From positions 32,001-96,000 of the IMG/VR virus record IMGVR_UViG_3300021185_002167: a DNA stretch of 64,000 bases; one strand, written 5' to 3'. Each line of letters opens with the position of its first letter. Positions within the stretch are counted from its first letter, which is position 1. The stretch is from a virus. This document shows, one piece after another, positions 9,028 to 17,846 of the stretch. Below the pieces are notes generated by a model. It was given only the letters and a program-made list of their open reading frames with translations. It did no database searches and was not told the origin of the DNA. A program made the translations under genes and the position numbers.

Positions 9028-10078
9028 TTATAATTACGATTGGTTTAACTACGATAAAGAACTCATGAAAGAGTTCAATTGGTTTCTATATAAAGTTAAT
9101 CAACGATCAGGTATACAACTTGGTTATATTGATGAAGAATATAAGAACGTAAATCGTCATGGTAAAATCGATTATGGTCTTGGAGAAGACGTAGAGTATT
9201 TTCATCCAACAATAACACTTGATGATCGTATGAGATTTATAGGTCAAGAAATTGCAAGCTTAGATACTTCAATTATGAATATCGTTGGCAATACTTTTAT
9301 ATCTCATTTCTATGGTGGAAGAGGAGTTCATTTCTTAGCATCTGGTGAAGAGAATGTCTTTGTAGATTTTGATCGAATAGCAGATGGAGATAATGAGTAT
9401 ATCAACTTTGTTCGAAATAATTTAGATAAAGCAATTCAGAGTAAGCAACCTATATGGGGAACAACTGAATTGCATACATCTATACAAACTGCTGGTAGAA
9501 ACTATTGTAGACAAAAGTATAATGAACCAGATAGAAAGTTTCATGCTGTTGATGTATGTGAATGGGTATCTTCTTTTAGAGATACTGGATTCTTAGATCG
9601 AATGCAAAAATGTAATCATATGTCAGAAATATATGACTTACTGAGAGAACAACCTGGCATTGGACATTACTACGGATTTCATGGTGCAGCATCTTCATCG
9701 GTATTACCACAAATGAAGTATCATCATGACCAAAGATTCGTTGCACCAGGACCAGGAGCTGTCTATACTATTCAGCTTATGTGGCCAGATGCTCCAAAGA
9801 AACTATATGATGAAGCCATTTATTTTATGAGAGAGAATTCAGAAGAGATTGGACTTACTACTCATGTAGATTTTCATCCTAATGCATTTAATATAAATAA
9901 AACAGATGGTACAAAACTTTTTCAATATGAACAAGATTCTCTTAAATACTACGGAACTGAAGTATTGTCATGTCAGTTTGGAGTATATCTACAGATAAGA
10001 GAAGATGAAAAAGCTTGTGCACGTAGACGAGTAGCAAGAGTACAGAAGACAAATAATCTTACTGAATTTTTTGAATAA
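9005..10078 (+). CDS. aGPT-Pplase/amino-acid:DNA-transferase-like protein (HhH-glycosylase-related)
   Basis: HhH-like LREQPGIGHYYG followed by FVAPGPGA, and a C-terminal EVLSCQFGVY; lies in a modification cluster. Confidence 0.6.
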   Translation: MRNVSSINYNYDWFNYDKELMKEFNWFLYKVNQRSGIQLGYIDEEYKNVNRHGKIDYGLGEDVEYFHPTITLDDRMRFIGQEIASLDTSIMNIVGNTFISHFYGGRGVHFLASGEENVFVDFDRIADGDNEYINFVRNNLDKAIQSKQPIWGTTELHTSIQTAGRNYCRQKYNEPDRKFHAVDVCEWVSSFRDTGFLDRMQKCNHMSEIYDLLREQPGIGHYYGFHGAASSSVLPQMKYHHDQRFVAPGPGAVYTIQLMWPDAPKKLYDEAIYFMRENSEEIGLTTHVDFHPNAFNINKTDGTKLFQYEQDSLKYYGTEVLSCQFGVYLQIREDEKACARRRVARVQKTNNLTEFFE

Positions 10079-10082
10079 AACG

Positions 10083-10111
10083 TTTACATTTGACTCAAAC
10101 TATGGTATAAT
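10083..10111 (+). promoter_or_regulatory. sigma70-like promoter, likely giving a leaderless transcript
   Basis: TTTACA-17-TATAAT; only 6 nt separate the -10 from ATG 10118; no SD. Confidence 0.8.
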
Positions 10112-10117
10112 ATAACA

Positions 10118-11098
10118 ATGAAGAATATAATTAACTGTCCATTTATTCCGATAGCAAAGAGAGCTGCTTCGCATAGAGGAGCTCAAGGTGTTATGTATGG
10201 AGACCAGATTCGTGAAGCACACGGACATTGTGATGTCAATTACGGAGGTGTAATAGCTGACCACAACTCATACGACGCTCTTTGGGTATATCATGGGAAT
10301 GATTATTCAGGTGGATTAAATATGTTTGGAGGAGTATATGGCTTTCCTTACGTACAGAATACAGTCAATTTTTCTGAGTTCAAAGGTAAAGTCTATTCTA
10401 TTGGAATGGACTTTCCACCTTACCATGAAATGATAAAAACAAAGTTAGAATCAGCCAAAAGAGAAGTACAACCAGAATGGGCTAAAGTTAACTTACAAAA
10501 TTTAGAACGAATGTTTAATACTGCAGAAACAGTTAACTACATTCATCCAACTCGTAAAGTAGTAATAGGTGATAGTCATTCTATTTGCATGTATCGACCA
10601 GGTTGGACAGTAAACAGTGTTCCATTTAAAACATTGAATGGCGCTCTTAAAGAAGGATTCGATTCTTTTATTCCACATGAATACGATGAGCTTGAATGTT
10701 ACTTTGGTAATATAGATATAAGACATCATATTATAAGATTAAATGAAAAGGTAGAAGATCTAGCAGATAGATATATGGAAGAAGCAAGAAAATATAAAGC
10801 TACAATATATGAATTACTACCAATAGAAAACGAATCAAGAAAGATACCACAATCAGGTTATTATAAGAAAGAACCTTTTCATGGTTCATGGCAAGAAAGA
10901 ACAGATGCAAGAAATCAATTTAATGACTATATTGAAAAACAATATGGTATCAAAAGATGGACAAAACATCTATATAATCAAGAAGGAGAACTTGATTTTA
11001 AATATATGGAAAAACCGCAATCAATACATTTATCACGAGAGTTTTATCCATATTGGAATGGATTAGAGACCAATAATTTACAGGAGTTTTTTGGATGA
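10118..11098 (+). CDS. Protein with C-terminal SGNH/GDSL-like domain
   Basis: VIGDSHS, YFGNIDIRHH and C-terminal SIHLS blocks. Confidence 0.55.
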   Translation: MKNIINCPFIPIAKRAASHRGAQGVMYGDQIREAHGHCDVNYGGVIADHNSYDALWVYHGNDYSGGLNMFGGVYGFPYVQNTVNFSEFKGKVYSIGMDFPPYHEMIKTKLESAKREVQPEWAKVNLQNLERMFNTAETVNYIHPTRKVVIGDSHSICMYRPGWTVNSVPFKTLNGALKEGFDSFIPHEYDELECYFGNIDIRHHIIRLNEKVEDLADRYMEEARKYKATIYELLPIENESRKIPQSGYYKKEPFHGSWQERTDARNQFNDYIEKQYGIKRWTKHLYNQEGELDFKYMEKPQSIHLSREFYPYWNGLETNNLQEFFG

Positions 11099-12282
11099 GT
11101 TACGCAAGTATAGTACCACTTATAGGTGGAGAAACAATAGCAATGGAGAATGTCTTTAAAGAGAAGCCAAAGTATTTTCTTACTTTTGACGGCTTTCAAG
11201 ATAATGAATCTCACTTAAACAATTATTACAAACATGAGGTCCCGTATTTGAATCTCTCAGAGGGAGCGAGTTACACAGAAAAAGTTGATGTGATTAATAC
11301 AGTGTGCCCATGTGCGGGGCTTAGTTCCCTTAGTCCCTCTGCTTCAAGCACTAATCCAATGAACGAATGGATGTATAAATCAGCTGAATATGTACTTGGT
11401 GAAGTACAACCGAAAGTCTTTTGGGGAGAGAATGCTCCAAGGCTTGCAAGTAAGATGGGAGAACCTGTAGTAAAGAGATTACGAAAGATAGCAGAGAAGA
11501 ATGGTTATACAATGAGTATCTTTAAAACAAAATCTATATTACATGGATTAAGTCAAGTAAGAGATCGTACATTTTACTTCTTTTGGAAAGGAGACCAAGT
11601 ACCACTCTTTGATTACATATATGAACCACCTACAACAATTGCTGATGATATAAGAGCAGTCAAAAGATGTGATAATGACCCAATGAGTCAGATACTTTGC
11701 AATGACGCTATCCCATCAGAGAATCCATACTATAAATACGTACTAGAAGTATTAGAAGGTGGAATCACACATAAAGAGTTTCAAGATAAAATTGAAAAAA
11801 CTACTAATCCTATGGATTATATAGAAGAAAGAACAACTTATAAAGAAGTTGCAAAATGGATGAGAGAACATGGATATGATAATGTCGCAAAGAAATGCGA
11901 TAGACAATACCATAAGCTCAAGTCAGGTGGTAACATAATGAGAAAAACTACTGAGATTCCTAAAGATAAAATAGGAGCCTTTGTAGGTCATATGCCAACA
12001 TGCTTAACACATCCAGACGAAGACCGATATTTAACAGTAAGAGAAGCTTTATCGCTTATGAAGTTACCATTTAACTTTATACTGTTAAATCCTAAAAGGT
12101 CGTTGAACCACATATGTCAAAATGTACCAGTGACTACAGCTGAGCATCCTGCTCGAATGGTTCAAAAATATTTAAACAATCAGCTTGAGATGGTAGACAC
12201 AAAGTTCTTAGTTCAGGATAATAAAAAAAGAACCTATAATTTTGAAAAAAACAGTTTACAACTCACTGATTTTATGGTATAA
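11095..12282 (+). CDS. DNA cytosine-C5 methyltransferase-fold protein (degenerate motif I)
   Basis: CPCAGLS (IV), ENAP (VI), QVRDR (VIII), RYLTVREA (IX) and QNVP (X); motif I reads IVPLIGG. Confidence 0.8.
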   Translation: MSYASIVPLIGGETIAMENVFKEKPKYFLTFDGFQDNESHLNNYYKHEVPYLNLSEGASYTEKVDVINTVCPCAGLSSLSPSASSTNPMNEWMYKSAEYVLGEVQPKVFWGENAPRLASKMGEPVVKRLRKIAEKNGYTMSIFKTKSILHGLSQVRDRTFYFFWKGDQVPLFDYIYEPPTTIADDIRAVKRCDNDPMSQILCNDAIPSENPYYKYVLEVLEGGITHKEFQDKIEKTTNPMDYIEERTTYKEVAKWMREHGYDNVAKKCDRQYHKLKSGGNIMRKTTEIPKDKIGAFVGHMPTCLTHPDEDRYLTVREALSLMKLPFNFILLNPKRSLNHICQNVPVTTAEHPARMVQKYLNNQLEMVDTKFLVQDNKKRTYNFEKNSLQLTDFMV

Positions 12283-12283
12283 T
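12255..12283 (+). promoter_or_regulatory. sigma70-like promoter for bS21-uvsX-41
   Basis: TTTACA-17-TATAAT with TG. Confidence 0.85.
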
Positions 12284-12316
12284 AGTATATAAGAAAATAA
12301 AACAAAGGAGTGATAT

Positions 12317-12586
12317 ATGCCCAGTATTGATTTAAGGCCAAGGCCAAATCGAAATCCACGAGATAAAAGACCTGTCAAGGAAATGCCGTTTGACATTGGT
12401 TTAAGAAAATTTAAGAAAGCCTGTGAAAAGGCTGGCATCGTACAGGAAGTACGTAAAAGAGAGTTCTACGAAAAACCTACAGCTAAGAAGAAAAGACTCA
12501 AAGCTGAAGCTGTTTCTAGAAGTAGAAAACTACAAAGAATCAATGATTCATACAACAGGCCAAACAAAGCCAGGAGAAGAAAATAA
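12317..12586 (+). CDS. rpsU: Ribosomal protein bS21
   Basis: [36 protein letters not shown] matches the bS21 signature. Confidence 0.92.
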   Translation: MPSIDLRPRPNRNPRDKRPVKEMPFDIGLRKFKKACEKAGIVQEVRKREFYEKPTAKKKRLKAEAVSRSRKLQRINDSYNRPNKARRRK

Positions 12587-13641
12587 TGTCTATAATGGAT
12601 AAATTAAAAAAGAATAGCAAAATCAAAGATAGCGCTATCCTAAAGGAGTCAGTATTATTCAGTAATAAGGACATCATACCAACCTCAGTACCAATGGTCA
12701 ATGTAGCTTTAAGTGGCGACATTGATGGTGGTCTTACATCAGGATTAACAGTACTTGCTGGTCCATCAAAGCATTTCAAAACATCATTTGCTTTATTGAT
12801 GGGTGCAGCATATCTTGAACAGTACGAAGATGCTGTTATGTTATTCTATGATTCAGAGTTTGGTTCACCTCAACAGTATTTCGAATCATTTGGTATCGAT
12901 ACTGATAGAGTATTACATACACCAATCACAGACGTCGAACAACTTAAGTTTGATTTAGTTGGTCAATTGGAGAATATCGAAAGAGACGATAAAGTCGTTA
13001 TTGTTATTGATTCAATTGGTAACCTAGCATCCAAGAAAGAATTGGAAGATGCTATCAACGAGAAATCAGTTGCTGATATGTCAAGAGCTAAAGCATTGAA
13101 GGGACTGTTCAGAATGGTCACTCCTTATCTTACTATGAAGAACATCCCTTTGCTTGCTGTGAATCATACTTATCAAGAGATGGGTTTATTTCCAAAGCAA
13201 GTTGTTGGTGGTGGAACAGGTATCTACTACTCAGCTGATAACATCTGGATTCTAGGTAGAAAGCAAGATAAAAAAGGAACTGAAATCAAAGGGTATCACT
13301 TTGTTATTAACGTTGAGAAATCAAGGTTTGTAAAAGAAAAGTCTAAGATACCTGTAAGTGTTACATGGGAAGGTGGTATCGAAACCTACTCAGGTCTACT
13401 TGAAGTCGCACTTGCTGGTGGCTATGTTACTAAACCAAATGTTGGTTGGTATGCAAAAGTCGATATGGAAACAGGCGAAATTGAAGAAACTAAAGTAAGA
13501 GAAAAAGATACATTACAGAAAAAATTCTGGACGCCAATCTTTGAAAATACTAACTTTAAAGAATTCGTAAAAACTTACTACTCAATAGGACACAAGCCAT
13601 TACTTGATATTGACTTAGACTTAGAGATAGATAATGTATAA
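12586..13641 (+). CDS. uvsX: UvsX RecA-like recombinase
   Basis: AGPSKHFKT, YDSEFG, IDSIGNLAS and EKSRFVKEKSK. Confidence 0.96.
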   Translation: MSIMDKLKKNSKIKDSAILKESVLFSNKDIIPTSVPMVNVALSGDIDGGLTSGLTVLAGPSKHFKTSFALLMGAAYLEQYEDAVMLFYDSEFGSPQQYFESFGIDTDRVLHTPITDVEQLKFDLVGQLENIERDDKVVIVIDSIGNLASKKELEDAINEKSVADMSRAKALKGLFRMVTPYLTMKNIPLLAVNHTYQEMGLFPKQVVGGGTGIYYSADNIWILGRKQDKKGTEIKGYHFVINVEKSRFVKEKSKIPVSVTWEGGIETYSGLLEVALAGGYVTKPNVGWYAKVDMETGEIEETKVREKDTLQKKFWTPIFENTNFKEFVKTYYSIGHKPLLDIDLDLEIDNV

Positions 13642-13996
13642 TGTTTCTGAAAAAGACTACTCAATAGTAGAAAATAATGAAAGCGCCTTCCAAGGCGTTC
13701 TTCTTAAGACTGGAACTTGGAAAGATGTAATAGTTGTCTATGGACAAGTTGGTATCAGAGAAGACGAATCTCTTGATATGGCAACACTTAGCTTTAATTA
13801 CACAGTCCAAGATCCAGCAGAATTTAGTATAGAAGAACTTGATAAAGACGAAACATTTAAAAATTATCTTGGTTCTATACTACAATATATAATATCAGAT
13901 TCTTTACAATACGCTGAAGAATCGAAACAAAAAATCATAGGAAAAGAAAATGACGAATCAACTACCGACACACATACTCAATCATCTTCTCAATAA
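13634..13996 (+). CDS. Hypothetical protein in the T4 gp40 position
   Basis: Acidic 120-aa ORF between uvsX and 41. Confidence 0.55.
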   Translation: MYNVSEKDYSIVENNESAFQGVLLKTGTWKDVIVVYGQVGIREDESLDMATLSFNYTVQDPAEFSIEELDKDETFKNYLGSILQYIISDSLQYAEESKQKIIGKENDESTTDTHTQSSSQ

Positions 13997-15335
13997 TGAA
14001 GATTTTTGTAGACGTGTAGTACCTTATCTCAAGAATGAGTATTTCGAAGGTACACATAAAACGGTATTCGATCTTATTGTTTCTTTTGTAAGCAAACATA
14101 ATAAACTACCAACCTCAAAAATACTTGAGCTTGAACTTAAAAAGATTAATGCTCCTGAAGATGTGCTCAATAATGCATCAAGGTTGGTAAATGAAATAGC
14201 TGAAAAGTCCGATATAGATACTGATTATCTTTTAGATGAATCAGAAAAATGGTGTAAAGAGAGAGCAGTTTATAATGCTATCATGGATTCAATACAAATC
14301 ATAGATGGCAAAGACAACGAACGAAGTGAAGGTGCTATACCTGAAATACTTTCTGAAGCTCTTGGTGTTTCATTTGATGAAGCAATTGGCCATGACTATA
14401 TTGACAACTCAGAGGAAAGGTTTGAATTCTATAATAGAAAAGAAGATAGAATACCATTTGACCTTGATTACTTTAATAAGATTACGAAGGGGGGCTTGCC
14501 CAATAAGACCTTAAACATTGCGCTTGCAGGTACGGGCGTGGGCAAGTCCCTATTCATGTGCCATTGCGCAGCAGGTGTTCTTAATCAAGGTAAGAACGTT
14601 TTGTATATAACAATGGAAATGGCAGAGGAACGTATTGCAGAACGTGTCGATGCTAACTTAATGAATTTGCCGATTGAATCACTTGGGTCATTACCTAAAA
14701 ATGTATTCGATGATAAGATTGGTAAGATAGCGAAAGCTGCTACGGGTAAACTTATAGTTAAAGAATATCCTACTGGCTCAGCTCACACTGGTCATTTCAG
14801 AGCTTTACTTAATGAGCTTCGTCTCAAAAAGAACTTTAGTCCTGATATGATCTATATTGACTATTTAAATATTTGTGCGTCAAGTCGTATGAAAGGCATG
14901 GGCGGAAGTATAAATAGTTATACCTATATAAAAGCAATCGCGGAAGAACTTCGCGGTCTTGCTGTGGAATTCAATGTACCGATAGTTTCGGCAACTCAGA
15001 CCACGAGGTCTGGATTCAGTAATACTGATGTTGGACTTGAAGATACATCTGAATCTTTTGGTTTACCTGCAACGGCAGATTTGATGTTTGCTCTTATTTC
15101 AACAGAGGAACTCGAAGAACTTGGCCAAATAATGGTAAAACAATTGAAAAATCGTTATAACGATCCAACCAAATATAAGAGATTTGTAGTTGGCGTAGAT
15201 CGTTCCCGCATGAAACTATATGATGTAGAGGAGTCGGCTCAATCAGATATTATGTCTGACATGGTACCAGATAAGCCGATAAACAAGTTTGGTGAACGCG
15301 AAAGTAATGACTCGTTTGCCGACTTTAAAATATAA
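13950..15335 (+). CDS. 41: Replicative helicase gp41
   Basis: AGTGVGKS Walker A, YITMEMAEE, IDYLNI, SATQTTR and KNRY. Confidence 0.97.
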   Translation: MTNQLPTHILNHLLNNEDFCRRVVPYLKNEYFEGTHKTVFDLIVSFVSKHNKLPTSKILELELKKINAPEDVLNNASRLVNEIAEKSDIDTDYLLDESEKWCKERAVYNAIMDSIQIIDGKDNERSEGAIPEILSEALGVSFDEAIGHDYIDNSEERFEFYNRKEDRIPFDLDYFNKITKGGLPNKTLNIALAGTGVGKSLFMCHCAAGVLNQGKNVLYITMEMAEERIAERVDANLMNLPIESLGSLPKNVFDDKIGKIAKAATGKLIVKEYPTGSAHTGHFRALLNELRLKKNFSPDMIYIDYLNICASSRMKGMGGSINSYTYIKAIAEELRGLAVEFNVPIVSATQTTRSGFSNTDVGLEDTSESFGLPATADLMFALISTEELEELGQIMVKQLKNRYNDPTKYKRFVVGVDRSRMKLYDVEESAQSDIMSDMVPDKPINKFGERESNDSFADFKI

Positions 15336-15346
15336 AGGAGAAATAT

Positions 15347-15529
15347 ATGAATATGTTAAATACAGCAAAAGCATGGTTAATGGACCGATGGGCAGAACGC
15401 ACATCTTGGGACGGTGGACTTATAGTCGGCCTATCATTATCCTACCTATTACTAGGTGGACTTGTTGACTTAGTAGCTTGGGTAGCCCTTGCTTACGGTG
15501 TTTACACTTTTATTGCAAAAGAAGTATAA
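15347..15529 (+). CDS. Small membrane protein
   Basis: AAGGAG SD; ERTSWDG followed by two hydrophobic segments. Confidence 0.7.
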   Translation: MNMLNTAKAWLMDRWAERTSWDGGLIVGLSLSYLLLGGLVDLVAWVALAYGVYTFIAKEV

Positions 15530-15554
15530 TAACCTTTTATTATGACAATTCGTG

Positions 15555-15579
15555 GGGGAGTTTCGACTCCCCTTTTTTT
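15555..15579 (+). terminator. Rho-independent terminator
   Basis: GGGGAGT-TTCG-ACTCCCC followed by T7. Confidence 0.92.
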
Positions 15580-15583
15580 CACA

Positions 15584-15657
15584 AACAACACTTTCTCACA
15601 ATTATTTTCATTAATTTCACTCGAACCGTTTACAACTGCTCCCAACTGTGGTATAAT
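15584..15657 (+). promoter_or_regulatory. Early promoter cassette, sharing blocks with 49049-49091 and 50001-50075
   Basis: TTTACA(15629)-17-TATAAT; spacer contains TGCTCCCAACT; upstream 24-mer identical to 50001-50024. Confidence 0.85.
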
Positions 15658-15684
15658 ATAACTATATTCAGATAAGGAGCTAAT

Positions 15685-15879
15685 ATGACATACAAAGAAC
15701 AACCAATATCAATAACCGAAGAGGTTATTGCAATGAGCACCAGCGCAATTCTAAGAGAATTGGACGGTGGAATGAAACCAGGAATTTGCGAATCTTGGGA
15801 CGAAAGAGTCGGAATGACAGATAGAGATTGGGCTATCGAAAAATTAATAGCTAAAAGACTAAAGGAGGCAGGAGTATGA
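15685..15879 (+). CDS. Hypothetical early protein
   Basis: GATAAGGAG SD; first gene after the promoter. Confidence 0.7.
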   Translation: MTYKEQPISITEEVIAMSTSAILRELDGGMKPGICESWDERVGMTDRDWAIEKLIAKRLKEAGV

Positions 15880-16082
15880 AATTATCAATGAGACATATCG
15901 CAACAGATATACCAGTAGATGTTGAACTAGATCTAGTAGAACAGAGCTGGGCTAAGGATAAAAATCCAACAACGCTTAATTTATCATGGGACAAACTTTG
16001 TGATTCAGTTGCACGAAGAACTGGCCATGACATACAAGGCAATTTTGAAATTGAAACTATAGATGGGAGGGTATTTCACTAA
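15876..16082 (+). CDS. Hypothetical early protein
   Basis: AGGAG SD; ATGA overlap with the previous gene. Confidence 0.65.
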   Translation: MKLSMRHIATDIPVDVELDLVEQSWAKDKNPTTLNLSWDKLCDSVARRTGHDIQGNFEIETIDGRVFH

Positions 16083-16378
16083 TGAAAAGATCAACAAGTT
16101 ACGTAATGACAGTACACACAGGAAGCGCAGGCGATATGCTTGAACTCCAAAGACTCAGAAAAACCATAAGCACCGTAAATTTACATGCTAAAGAAAATGA
16201 AAAGGTTGCTTATATGAATCCAAGAGGAGCTAAGTTTCCTAGATACTATGTTAAATGTCAAGCAAGAGGTCCAAGAGCTAAGTTTGCAAAAGCATTAGGA
16301 AGACATCCTAGAGCTTTCGACCAGTCACTACCTCTTAAATTTGCGGAGAAAATGGATGTCTATGTCTATCAAAGATAA
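16082..16378 (+). CDS. Hypothetical early protein
   Basis: TAATG coupling; basic 98-aa ORF. Confidence 0.65.
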   Translation: MKRSTSYVMTVHTGSAGDMLELQRLRKTISTVNLHAKENEKVAYMNPRGAKFPRYYVKCQARGPRAKFAKALGRHPRAFDQSLPLKFAEKMDVYVYQR

Positions 16379-16517
16379 AGCTTATAAAATAACAGCTAAG
16401 AAAAACCACAAAGTTGTCGCAGAATACCTCTATGAATTAGAGGAATCTGCTGCAGCATTTGCTAGTAAAATGAAAGAAAAAGGATATCAAGTTTGGGTTG
16501 AAAGAGTAAACATATGA
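16362..16517 (+). CDS. 51-aa hypothetical protein (not in ORF track)
   Basis: GGAG upstream; MSIKDKAYKITAKK...GYQVWVERVNI. Confidence 0.5.
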   Translation: MSIKDKAYKITAKKNHKVVAEYLYELEESAAAFASKMKEKGYQVWVERVNI

Positions 16518-16687
16518 TTGAATATATTATACTTGCATTCATCATCGCGATATCAGGCTATCAAGCATTTCAACATGGAATCCGTGAAGGAGCTGAAAGA
16601 ACTTTAAGAAAACTTTCTGAAGAAGGAATCATCTTTGTTAAAGCTGGCGGAAATATACTACCCAATAAATTCTATACTAAAGATTAA
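16514..16687 (+). CDS. 57-aa protein with N-terminal TM (not in ORF track)
   Basis: ATGA overlap; MIEYIILAFIIAISGYQAF... Confidence 0.55.
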   Translation: MIEYIILAFIIAISGYQAFQHGIREGAERTLRKLSEEGIIFVKAGGNILPNKFYTKD

Positions 16688-16692
16688 TCTTT

Positions 16693-16700
16693 TATAAATA
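16693..16700 (+). promoter_or_regulatory. T4-type late promoter
   Basis: Intergenic TATAAATA 25 nt upstream of 16725. Confidence 0.8.
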
Positions 16701-16724
16701 GATTTAATACATAGGAAACTGTTT

Positions 16725-17846
16725 ATGAAATCTTTAAAAAATTATATTTACGAAGCTAATCTGCAAGGAAGCACGACTAAATTCTCAGGAGCTTTAGGCG
16801 CGTTTAAACAATATGTTGAACTTAATCCTAAAAATGTAGAATTTAAAGTAGATAAAACAACAGTTTTAAGTAGAATGGATGGTTCATCAACTGACATTAC
16901 TGTTAAAAAAGGTACAACCTTTAACATAATGGATAGAGAAACTAAGCTTATTAAAAAGGTTGGTAGATCTGATGCAGTTAGAATTCAACTTACTGATAGA
17001 AAATTCAAACAATATCACGGTCAAGATTTTCTTCTTCCATTAAATAAGATACTTAAACCAACAGGTAAACAAGTAGAAGCTTTAGAAGTCGATATATCTG
17101 ATAAGAAAAATCCAAGAGTATTTACACCATTTAAAACTGGTCATGGCCATGAAGGTCAATTCACAGAAGCATGGATTAAACATACAGGTGATAGATGGCA
17201 GTTTGAATATAAGGGTAAAGAATATAAAGTATTAGCGTTGAGAGCTCCACTTGGAACTTTTAAAGGTAATCCAAAAACAGATGTTACAGTATTATTAGAT
17301 AAAGCACCTCCTAAGATGCCATCAAAAAAACTAAAATATAGTTTAAAAGCAGCAAATGCTACATACTTTGAAAATTGGATGTTGCCTAAAAGATTTATGG
17401 AAATCTTTGGTAAGAAAAAAGGTTCTCAAATACTCAATGATGGATTAAAGGATTTAAATACAACTGGTAAAATTGGTGGTACAGCAACTAAAACAAATTC
17501 AATTGCTCCTTTTATTTCTAAAAAATGGAATATAGGAGATAGATTAAATCCATCTGAAATGATGGAAGTAATCTCAGGAGATATAAAATTTGATGAAGGT
17601 GAAGGAGCAGCAAATGCTTTCTTTGGTGGTGATATACCTACCGGAGCAAATGCTCTTGAAGTTATATTATCAAATACTAAATCATCAAGTGATATGTCTA
17701 AAATAATAAAAGCTGGAATATCTATGAGAGGCTCTACTAAAATTGGTAACTTCTCTTGTTATGTTCAAGCTGACGATGGCAAATGGTATATTAGCATAGG
17801 TTATGGTAATATGTTTGATGTCGATAAGGAATATAGACTAGTATGA
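16725..17846 (+). CDS. Putative restriction-endonuclease-like (PD-(D/E)XK) protein with capsid-targeting-like N-terminus
   Basis: MKSLKNYIYE start; GHE...PKTDV...YSLK motif arrangement. Confidence 0.5.
   Translation: MKSLKNYIYEANLQGSTTKFSGALGAFKQYVELNPKNVEFKVDKTTVLSRMDGSSTDITVKKGTTFNIMDRETKLIKKVGRSDAVRIQLTDRKFKQYHGQDFLLPLNKILKPTGKQVEALEVDISDKKNPRVFTPFKTGHGHEGQFTEAWIKHTGDRWQFEYKGKEYKVLALRAPLGTFKGNPKTDVTVLLDKAPPKMPSKKLKYSLKAANATYFENWMLPKRFMEIFGKKKGSQILNDGLKDLNTTGKIGGTATKTNSIAPFISKKWNIGDRLNPSEMMEVISGDIKFDEGEGAANAFFGGDIPTGANALEVILSNTKSSSDMSKIIKAGISMRGSTKIGNFSCYVQADDGKWYISIGYGNMFDVDKEYRLV

Noticed and set aside
14305-14575. GC-richer patch around the gp41 Walker A motif and overlapping ORF 14305-14514
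   Set aside because: Explained by Gly/Ala-rich codons or a recombination patch. The alternate ORF has no recognisable features, and no intron or intein interrupts gp41.
15584-15607. TCACA in the repeated promoter block as a CRP site linked to the phage cyclase
   Set aside because: Only a half-site; there is no TGTGA at the required 6-nt spacing.
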